NCBI GenBank assembly: GCA_964355115.1
Contig: CAYHCQ010000003.1
Location: 1 to 42,644 of the forward strand
DNA length: 42,644 bases
Direction of reading: 5' to 3'
Source: an uncultured Prolixibacteraceae bacterium
GTDB taxonomy: Bacteria > Bacteroidota > Bacteroidia > Bacteroidales > FEN-979
Shown: positions 14,576 to 21,631 of the stretch, one piece after another
How the letters are laid out: each line of letters opens with the position of its first letter
Numbering within the stretch: the stretch's first letter is position 1
Position numbers and translations under genes: made by a program
The notes under the pieces: model-generated
What the model was told of the DNA's origin: nothing
The model's input: the letters and a program-made list of their open reading frames with translations, nothing else
Database searches by the model: none

Positions 14576-16369
14576 TTAGTACCTCTTGCGGGGTGTGTAG
14601 TGAGTATGGAGTAGTTCATGGGATTTGTGTCCGAGTGGTTTTTCGAGGAAATCCTTGTAGAGTGCTGCGACTTCGGGATTCTCATGAGATTTACGGATTG
14701 ACATTCCCATATCTTCGGCGTATATTGCCTCTTTGCGTTTTGCACGGATTTCGGGGTTGGTCGGAATGGGCTGACCCCCGCCGCCCAGACACCCGCCAGG
14801 ACAAGCCATGATTTCGATGAAGTGATAGTTGGCTTTTCCGTCACGGACATTTTGCATAACGGTATTGGCATGTGCAAGACCATTGGCAACGACGCATTTA
14901 AGTTCAACACCCTCGAGGAAACTCCATTCGGGGGTTGTTTTTTCAATTAATACGGAAGCTTCACGAACTTCACCTTCTGTTCCGCGCACCGGGGTGATGT
15001 TGAGTCCGTCGAAAGGAACTTCGCGGCCGGTCACTATTTCATAGGCGGTACGCAGAGCGGCTTCCATAACCCCACCGGTTGAACCGAAAATTACGGCTGC
15101 TCCGGTGGATGAACCCATGAAGCTGTCGAATTTCTCCTCGGGCAGTGCTTCGAATTCAAGGCCTGCCTGTTTGATCATGATGCCAAGTTCGCGGGTGGTA
15201 AGCACAAAGTCAACATCTTTGTAGCCACTCGAACGCATCTCAGGGCGGTTTGCTTCAAACTTCTTTGCGGTGCAGGGCATGATGGAAACCGAAACGATAT
15301 TTCTGGGATCCAGCTTGCGTTTCTGAGCATAATAGGTTTTTGCGAGAGCTCCGAACATCTGCTGCGGTGACTTGCAGGTAGAGAGGTTGGGCAGGTATTC
15401 CGGGAAAGTATGTTCAATAAATTTGATCCATCCCGGCGAGCAGGAAGTGGCCATGGGAAGCGCAACCGACGGGTCCTTGTCGACGAGTACCTTTTTCAGG
15501 CGGGTAAGCAATTCATGGCCCTCCTCAATAATGGTAAGGTCGGCTGTAAAGTCGGTATCGAGTATTGAATTGAAACCAAGCCGACGCAGGGCGGCAACCA
15601 TTTTCCCGGTCACGATTTTTCCGGGAGCCATGCCGAGCGCTTCTCCAAGGGCAATACGAACTGCCGGAGCGGTTTGTACAACAACATGCTTAGTCTGATC
15701 GTAGATGGCATCCCAAACCTGGTCGATGTAGTTGCGTTCGATAAGTGCTCCGGTCGGACAGCGGTTCACGCACTGACCGCAGTTTGTGCAAACAACCTCC
15801 AGGAGTGAATGTTCGAAAAATGTCGAGATCTTCATCTTATCTCCCTTGTGGGCTACGCCAAGTGCACTTACACTCTGTAGTTCCTCGCAGGTGCGTACGC
15901 AACGCTGGCATCTGATGCACCTGCTGTCGTCCTTGATAATGGCCGTGTTGAACATATCGATGGTATACTTCTTATCAGGCACCAGGTCAAGGAAAAGGTG
16001 GTCGCCGGTAAGCATCTGTGATGCGAGACCCTGCAACTCACAGTTGCCGTTTTTATAGCATTTGGTACAATCTGCATTGTGCTCGGAAAGAAGAAGTTCC
16101 ACAATATGTTTCCGGGCAAGGCGTACCTTCATGCTGTTGGTATGGATTACCATGCCTTCAGATACCGGCATGGCGCAGGCTGCTGGAAGAGTTTTTACCT
16201 TCTCCTGTTCAACAACGCAAACACGGCAGTTACCGGCAACGCAAAGGTCTTCGTGGTAGCAAAGTGTTGGAATGTGAATATTGAGGCTGCGTGCGGCTTC
16301 GAGGATCGTTTTTCCTTCATCGATGGCAACTTCGATGCCGTCGATCGTGAGGTTTATCTGTTTTGTCAT
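14576..16369 (-). CDS. hydA: [FeFe]-hydrogenase catalytic subunit, paralog 3 (M3 architecture, variant L1 motif TSCSPGW)
   Basis: 597 aa. Motifs: EHNADCTKCYKNGNCELQ, CIRCQRCVRTC, CTNCGQCVNRCP, L1 TSCSPGW, L2 MPCTAKKFE, L3 EIMACPGGCLGGGGQP. Confidence 0.95.
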   Translation of the reverse strand: MTKQINLTIDGIEVAIDEGKTILEAARSLNIHIPTLCYHEDLCVAGNCRVCVVEQEKVKTLPAACAMPVSEGMVIHTNSMKVRLARKHIVELLLSEHNADCTKCYKNGNCELQGLASQMLTGDHLFLDLVPDKKYTIDMFNTAIIKDDSRCIRCQRCVRTCEELQSVSALGVAHKGDKMKISTFFEHSLLEVVCTNCGQCVNRCPTGALIERNYIDQVWDAIYDQTKHVVVQTAPAVRIALGEALGMAPGKIVTGKMVAALRRLGFNSILDTDFTADLTIIEEGHELLTRLKKVLVDKDPSVALPMATSCSPGWIKFIEHTFPEYLPNLSTCKSPQQMFGALAKTYYAQKRKLDPRNIVSVSIMPCTAKKFEANRPEMRSSGYKDVDFVLTTRELGIMIKQAGLEFEALPEEKFDSFMGSSTGAAVIFGSTGGVMEAALRTAYEIVTGREVPFDGLNITPVRGTEGEVREASVLIEKTTPEWSFLEGVELKCVVANGLAHANTVMQNVRDGKANYHFIEIMACPGGCLGGGGQPIPTNPEIRAKRKEAIYAEDMGMSIRKSHENPEVAALYKDFLEKPLGHKSHELLHTHYTPRKRY

Positions 16370-16402
16370 ATCTTGGTTAGCTGTTATCAGGTTAATACTG
16401 GA

Positions 16403-17569
16403 TTAGTAGATCATCTCCTCTTTGAAGTTGTTCACAATCGAGGAGAATGAATTGGCAACTGACTGGCCAAGACCGCATTTTGCCGTGATCTTCATGCTTT
16501 CGCTGAGTTTCATCAACTGGTCGAGATAAACAGCCTTCTTTTCACCTTTTTTAACTGCAACAATCCCTTTGAGCAGCTGCTGACAGCCAACCCGGCATGG
16601 AGTGCACTGGCCACACGACTCTTCCTGAAAAAACTCGAGGTAGTTGTGGAGAACGTTGTACATCGACCGGGAACTGTTGAAGATCATCATGGAGCCACCA
16701 GTAGGAACACCTTCGAAACCTATTACTGTGTCTTTAAACTTCTTACGGGGCACACAAAAACCCGAAGCGCCTCCAACCTGAACTGCTTTGGTATCACCAT
16801 CGCCGAACTCATCTACAAATCGGTCGAGGGGCATTCCGAGCTCAAGTTCATAAATGCCTGGAATGGGAGTGTCGCCGGAGACGGAAAACACTTTTGAACC
16901 GCGTGAGTCGGTGGTACCCAGTTTTTTATACTGGTCGGGGCCAAGACGCATGATCATCATTACGTTAACGAAAGTCTCAACATTGTTGATTACAGTCGGC
17001 TTTTTCATGAAACCACTTGTGGTCGGGTAGGGGGGCTTGTTGCGGGGTTCACCGCGACTACCTTCCATCGATTCGAACAGGGCACTCTCCTCTCCGCAGA
17101 TATAGGCGCCGCTGCCAAGTCTGATTTCGATTGTGAAATCAAGACCAAGTTTTCTGGCATGGTCGTGATAAATATCAAGCTCTTTGTTCAGGTCGTTAAG
17201 CATGAAACGGTATTCTCCGCGCAAGTACATGAATCCTTTCTTTGAACCGATCACCTTGCCGCAGATAGCCATTCCTGAAAAAACCTTTCGCGGAACCCGT
17301 AAAAGGATTTCACGATCCTTAAAGGTACCGGGTTCGCCTTCATCGGCATTGCAGATAACATATTTTTCATCCGACTGTGTATCTGCCGTGAATTTCCATT
17401 TCATGGCTGTCGGGAATCCTGCTCCGCCGCGACCGCGAAGGCCTGAATCCAGAAGGTCTTTCAGGATTTCGTCGTTTGTACGGGTCAGGGTGTCGGCAAG
17501 GATCTTATATTTAACGTTTGAATATTCACCGAAAATTAAATCAACTCGTTTTAACGTTTGCTCTGACAT
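16403..17569 (-). CDS. hydB: Minimal NuoF-like flavoprotein subunit (no N-terminal Trx-like and no C-terminal ferredoxin domain), hydrogenase operon 3
   Basis: 388 aa. Motifs: GRGGAGFPTAMKW, CNADEGEPGTFKDR, ESCGQCTPCRVG, AKCGLGQS. The protein ends shortly after the N3-type cluster motif. Confidence 0.9.
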   Translation of the reverse strand: MSEQTLKRVDLIFGEYSNVKYKILADTLTRTNDEILKDLLDSGLRGRGGAGFPTAMKWKFTADTQSDEKYVICNADEGEPGTFKDREILLRVPRKVFSGMAICGKVIGSKKGFMYLRGEYRFMLNDLNKELDIYHDHARKLGLDFTIEIRLGSGAYICGEESALFESMEGSRGEPRNKPPYPTTSGFMKKPTVINNVETFVNVMMIMRLGPDQYKKLGTTDSRGSKVFSVSGDTPIPGIYELELGMPLDRFVDEFGDGDTKAVQVGGASGFCVPRKKFKDTVIGFEGVPTGGSMMIFNSSRSMYNVLHNYLEFFQEESCGQCTPCRVGCQQLLKGIVAVKKGEKKAVYLDQLMKLSESMKITAKCGLGQSVANSFSSIVNNFKEEMIY

Positions 17570-17595
17570 AGTATGTCTCCTTAGATAGTTAGGGA

Positions 17596-18060
17596 TTACT
17601 TATGATTATATTCACTGATGATGTCGTGCACCTTTTCAGTAGTGAGTCCGCTGTATGGCTTTTCGTTAATCAGCATAGCGGGTCCTTCGTGACACCAGCC
17701 CAAACAGTTGGTTTCGAGCAAAGTGAACTTTTTATTCGGGGTAGTCTCGCCCACCTTTATCTTAAGCATGTCTTCCAGCGTCTGAACTATCGTTTTCTTG
17801 CCATGCATGTCGCAGGTGATCGTCTTGCAAACCCTGATAACAAATTTGCCGCGGGGTTCAGTGTCTAGAAAGGAGTAAAATGTAGCAGTCCCGAATACCT
17901 GTGCAGCTGACAGGTCAAGTTCTTTAGCGATATCTGTCATACAAGTGTCTGAGAGATAATTCTGCTTGTCAACAACCCCTTGCAGAATCGGTAGCAAACT
18001 GGACCTTTCCCGTCCGTATTTGTTTGCCAGTTCTTTAATTAATTCTGAACATTCAGCCAT
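17596..18060 (-). CDS. hydC: NuoE-like [2Fe-2S] subunit, first gene of hydrogenase operon 3
   Basis: 154 aa with VCKTITCDMHG and TNCLGWCHEGP. Confidence 0.9.
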   Translation of the reverse strand: MAECSELIKELANKYGRERSSLLPILQGVVDKQNYLSDTCMTDIAKELDLSAAQVFGTATFYSFLDTEPRGKFVIRVCKTITCDMHGKKTIVQTLEDMLKIKVGETTPNKKFTLLETNCLGWCHEGPAMLINEKPYSGLTTEKVHDIISEYNHK

Positions 18061-18114
18061 AATAATCGTTTTAAATTATTGATATATAGTGGTTTGTTTA
18101 ATAAGACGAATTAC

Positions 18115-18130
18115 TGTGAATAAATTAACA
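18115..18130. promoter_or_regulatory. 16-nt motif TGTGAATAAATTAACA (15/16 identical to 3638..3653)
   Basis: Direct comparison. It lies between a candidate -7 box (18141..18148) and the operon 3 start codon. Confidence 0.4.
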
Positions 18131-18140
18131 AATTATTGCA

Positions 18141-18148
18141 CAAAAGTA
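18141..18148 (-). promoter_or_regulatory. Candidate -7 box (TACTTTTG on minus strand) for hydrogenase operon 3
   Basis: It matches TAnnTTTG, 81 nt upstream of the ATG at 18060. A TTTG lies 24 nt further upstream. This is a motif match only. Confidence 0.3.
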
Positions 18149-18273
18149 CAGCTTTCCTTGTTATTTAATTAACAAAGCTTCTTTAATTTTTAGTAATTTC
18201 AATAATTTAGAGTTAATCTAAATTGAATGTAAACCCGGCTGAATTCGTATTTTTGTCTAACCAATTCAGTTTG

Positions 18274-19044
18274 ATGGAGAGTTTTCGATATTTTGCAGAG
18301 CTTTCATACGATGGTACAGGATACCATGGCTGGCAGCGACAACCTAACGGTGTGTCGGTGCAGCAGGTATTGGAGGATGCAATGTCGCTGCTGCTGCGGA
18401 AAGATGTAAAGCTCACGGGTGCAGGCAGGACTGATACCGGAGTGCATGCGCGCGAATATTTTGCTCATTTCGACCTGCCTGACCAGTTGGACCCTGATGC
18501 TGCTGTAAAACTGGTTTTCAAACTGAACAGTTTTCTGCCCGGTGACATTGCCATAAGGAGGATTTTTTCTGTAGGACCTCGTATCCATGCAAGGTTCAGC
18601 GCTACTGCAAGAACGTATAAATATTATGTGTCGAGGGTAAAAAACCCGTTCCGGGTACCCTATTCATATTTTATTCATGGAGATATCGATGTTGCTCTGA
18701 TGAATGAAGGTGCCCGGATGATAATGGAGACGGATGATTTTACCTCATTCTCCAAGGTTGATACCGACACCAGAACAAACCTGTGCCGTGTTACATATGT
18801 TCAATGGGAACTGATTGATGATGAACTGGTATTTACCATTACCGCGAACCGTTTCCTGAGAAATATGGTACGGGCAATCGTAGGTACGCTGCTCAATATC
18901 GGTCGGCATCGTACCGGACTGGATGACCTTTCAGGGATTATCACCGGTAAAAACCGGAGTGAAGCAGGGGACTCTGTTCCAGCCGGAGGATTGCACCTTG
19001 TAAAAATTGAGTATCCCGAAGGCGCTTTGAATATTCCCGGCTGA
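18274..19044 (+). CDS. truA: tRNA pseudouridine(38-40) synthase TruA
   Basis: It has YDGTGYHGWQRQPN and GAGRTDTGVHA. I prefer the internal ATG at 18274 (MESFRYFAELSYDG) over the ORF-track start at 18223. Confidence 0.9.
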   Translation: MESFRYFAELSYDGTGYHGWQRQPNGVSVQQVLEDAMSLLLRKDVKLTGAGRTDTGVHAREYFAHFDLPDQLDPDAAVKLVFKLNSFLPGDIAIRRIFSVGPRIHARFSATARTYKYYVSRVKNPFRVPYSYFIHGDIDVALMNEGARMIMETDDFTSFSKVDTDTRTNLCRVTYVQWELIDDELVFTITANRFLRNMVRAIVGTLLNIGRHRTGLDDLSGIITGKNRSEAGDSVPAGGLHLVKIEYPEGALNIPG

Positions 19045-19052
19045 GCAAACAG

Positions 19053-20021
19053 TCAGGCGGATTTCTTCCGGGTTAGAACACGCTGTGACGCAGCTATAAT
19101 GGCAGGAGCATTCATCCCGAATTTCTCCATCAACTCAGCCGGTTCACCCGATTCTCCAAAACTGTCGTGCATCCCGATGTACTCCATGGGAACCGGCCAG
19201 TGTCGTGAAATCACCTCAGCCACGGCGCCTCCCAGTCCACCCGCCACCTGGTGCTCCTCGGCAGTAACGATGGCTCCGGTTTCGGCTGCAGCCTGCACAA
19301 TGGCCTCTTCATCGATGGGTTTGATGGTATGAATGTTGACGACCCTGGCTGAGATGCCCACCTCTTCCAGACTGAAAGCCGCCTGCAGGGCTTCCCAAAC
19401 AAGGTGTCCGGTGGCGATGATCGTAAGGTCGCGGCCCTGGTTCATTAACTGGGCTTTTCCCGGGATAAAGCCGGAGGTGTCGTGGGTGAAGTCAGCCATC
19501 GGTTCACGGCCGAACCTGATATATACCGGACCCCGGCATTGTTCAATGGCAGCGAGCGTAGCAAGCCTTGCCTGAGTAGCATCACAGGGGGAGAAAAGCG
19601 TCATGTTCGGCAACACGCGCATCAGGGCAATATCTTCCATGGCCTGGTGTGTTGCACCATCCTGACCGACCGATACTCCGGAATGCGCACCTCCTATTAT
19701 CACATGGAGGTTATTGTAGCAAACAGATGTACGGATCTGGTCGGCAGCCCTGAATGCTGCAAAAACGCCATAGGTGGAAAATACCGGAATCTTTCCTTCG
19801 AGCGCCATTCCTGCAGCCACTCCCATGCAGTTCTGCTCGGCTATCCCAAGTGAGAAAAACCGCTCCGGAAAGGCTTCAGCGAATAAGTTTACTCCAACAG
19901 AGGCAGTAATATCGGCACCCAGTGCGATTACGTTGCTATTCCTTCTTCCGGCTTCGAGTAACCCCTCGCCAAACCCAACCTTGGTTGCCTTGTTGCCTCT
20001 GTTGAAGTAAGAGTTGCTCAT
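19053..20021 (-). CDS. Transketolase, C-terminal (pyrimidine-binding) subunit of a split transketolase
   Basis: 322 aa with GIAEQNCMGVAAGMA and the transketolase C-terminal domain. It follows the N-terminal subunit gene. Confidence 0.9.
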   Translation of the reverse strand: MSNSYFNRGNKATKVGFGEGLLEAGRRNSNVIALGADITASVGVNLFAEAFPERFFSLGIAEQNCMGVAAGMALEGKIPVFSTYGVFAAFRAADQIRTSVCYNNLHVIIGGAHSGVSVGQDGATHQAMEDIALMRVLPNMTLFSPCDATQARLATLAAIEQCRGPVYIRFGREPMADFTHDTSGFIPGKAQLMNQGRDLTIIATGHLVWEALQAAFSLEEVGISARVVNIHTIKPIDEEAIVQAAAETGAIVTAEEHQVAGGLGGAVAEVISRHWPVPMEYIGMHDSFGESGEPAELMEKFGMNAPAIIAASQRVLTRKKSA

Positions 20022-20022
20022 A

Positions 20023-20062
20023 GTGAGACGGTGAAATGGTAAAATGGTAAAATGGTGTGATG
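20023..20062 (+). repeat. Tandem array of five 8-bp units (plus-strand GTGAGACG GTGAAATG GTAAAATG GTAAAATG GTGTGATG), same unit family as 7291..7354 but inverted relative to transcription
   Basis: Read directly. It fills essentially the whole 42-nt spacer between the two transketolase subunit genes. Confidence 0.85.
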
Positions 20063-20063
20063 G

Positions 20064-20897
20064 TTATTCAGATAGTTCGTTGATGAATGATTCGGCCTGA
20101 TCCAATGAAGGCGCTTTGCCATGCCATCTGTAATCGTCTTCAATGGCTGCCACCCCTTTCCCCATGATAGTTTTGGCAATAATTACGGTTGGTTTTAAGA
20201 CAACCTCCCGGGCTTTTTCCATTGTGCCGATAAATTCCGGGATAGAGTTTCCATCGCAGATAAACACCTCCCATCCGAAGCTTCTCCATTTTTCTTCAAG
20301 CGGTTCAAGACGCATCACATCCTCTGTGCGGCCATCGATCTGGAGTCCGTTGCGATCGACAATGGCAGTAAGATTATCAAGGTTATGATGGGTCGCCGAC
20401 ATAGCCGATTCCCAGATCGACCCTTCCTGCAGTTCGCCGTCACCATGGATGCAGAAGACTCTGTGCTTTCTATTGTCCATCCTTGCTGCAAGGGCCATTC
20501 CGACTGCCACCGAAAGTCCCTGCCCGAGCGAACCGGCAGAAAGTTCAATTCCCGGTAAACCGTGATCACGTCCCGGATGTCCCTGGAGACGACTGCCGAG
20601 TTTACGCAGGGTGGTCAGTTCTTCGACAGGGAAATAGCCGGAATGGGCAAGAGTCGCATAAAAGACAGGCGCAACATGACCGATCGAGAGAACCAGACGA
20701 TCGCGTTCATTCCAACCCGGGTTGGCAGGATCGTGATTCAGAACGGAAAAATAGAGTGCGGTGAAAATATCGGCCAAACCCAGGGAGCCCCCAAGGTGGC
20801 CCGATCCGGCAGCGGCAAGGCTTAGGATCACAGATTTCCGGATTGACAGCGCAATGCTCCTGAGTGTTCCGGGATCGTTAACCTTACCTTTCATCAT
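20064..20897 (-). CDS. Transketolase, N-terminal (thiamine diphosphate-binding) subunit
   Basis: 277 aa with SGHLGGSLG and GDGELQEGSIWE (TPP-binding motif). Confidence 0.9.
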   Translation of the reverse strand: MMKGKVNDPGTLRSIALSIRKSVILSLAAAGSGHLGGSLGLADIFTALYFSVLNHDPANPGWNERDRLVLSIGHVAPVFYATLAHSGYFPVEELTTLRKLGSRLQGHPGRDHGLPGIELSAGSLGQGLSVAVGMALAARMDNRKHRVFCIHGDGELQEGSIWESAMSATHHNLDNLTAIVDRNGLQIDGRTEDVMRLEPLEEKWRSFGWEVFICDGNSIPEFIGTMEKAREVVLKPTVIIAKTIMGKGVAAIEDDYRWHGKAPSLDQAESFINELSE

Positions 20898-20899
20898 AT

Positions 20900-20962
20900 T
20901 TATCGCATGTCGATAACTTCAACGACCATCATGTTTAACGCATGTCAATAACTTCAACGCCG
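20900..20962. repeat. 35-bp-period tandem duplication of the 3' end (last ~8 codons plus stop) of the lolA-like gene
   Basis: CGCATGTCGATAACTTCAACGACC (20904..20927) matches CGCATGTCAATAACTTCAACGCCG (20939..20962) at 21/24. Each copy is preceded on the plus strand by TTA, which is a TAA stop on the minus strand. Confidence 0.8.
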
Positions 20963-21570
20963 GGGTACTTGGTGGCATCAAAGGTAAAGTCGGAATTGGT
21001 TAACGGTGAGTCGGTTATGAATGTTTTAATTTTATATGTAAAGGTATTTCCACTCTTGTCGAAAAGCGTGAAACTCTTTACCTGTTTCTTTGTTTTATCG
21101 ATCCCCAGAATGGCTTTAGTGAAGTTTTTTGAGGTGTTGGGGATGAGTTCGACCATCTCAATATTGGGATCTGTATTTTTTTCACGGATGATCTTCGATT
21201 TGTAATTCGAATTGTAGGATGTGAGCAATTTGGAGGGGGTCATCGCATCGTCTTTGTTATCGAGCAGGTTAACCTGTACTTCATTCGATTCAGCGAGATA
21301 TGTCCATATCGTTTTCCCGTCGCAGATAACGGTCTGCCCGGAAGCGGTCATGCGGTACTTGTCTCCGGAAAGCCATAGTGTTCCTGTCTTCTCCTCGTTA
21401 ATTTTCGCCTTGGCATTGAACATGGTGAATGAAAAATCAACCTTGATTGACTTATAACTTTTTGTTTTTACACTCACTTCATCAAGCAATGCACTGGCTT
21501 TTGGATCCTTAGCCTGGCCTGAAACTGCGAGGGAAGCAACCACAAAAACGATTAAAAATGAAGTTCTCAT
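20935..21570 (-). CDS. lolA: LolA-like outer-membrane lipoprotein carrier family protein
   Basis: 211 aa with a signal peptide. The KSIKVDFSFTM...GTLWLSGDKYRM pattern is typical of Bacteroidota LolA-family proteins. The position after ftsK is the conserved synteny. Confidence 0.7.
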   Translation of the reverse strand: MRTSFLIVFVVASLAVSGQAKDPKASALLDEVSVKTKSYKSIKVDFSFTMFNAKAKINEEKTGTLWLSGDKYRMTASGQTVICDGKTIWTYLAESNEVQVNLLDNKDDAMTPSKLLTSYNSNYKSKIIREKNTDPNIEMVELIPNTSKNFTKAILGIDKTKKQVKSFTLFDKSGNTFTYKIKTFITDSPLTNSDFTFDATKYPGVEVIDMR

Positions 21571-21584
21571 ATGATCTTGGTTTA

Positions 21585-21626
21585 GTCAAATGTTAAGAGT
21601 TAAGAGTCAAGAGTGGTGAGTTAAAG
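21585..21626 (+). repeat. Tandem array of six 7-bp units (GTCAAAT GTTAAGA GTTAAGA GTCAAGA GTGGTGA GTTAAAG)
   Basis: Read directly. It fills the spacer between the ftsK stop (21632) and the lolA-like start (21570). Confidence 0.85.
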
Positions 21627-21631
21627 GTGTT

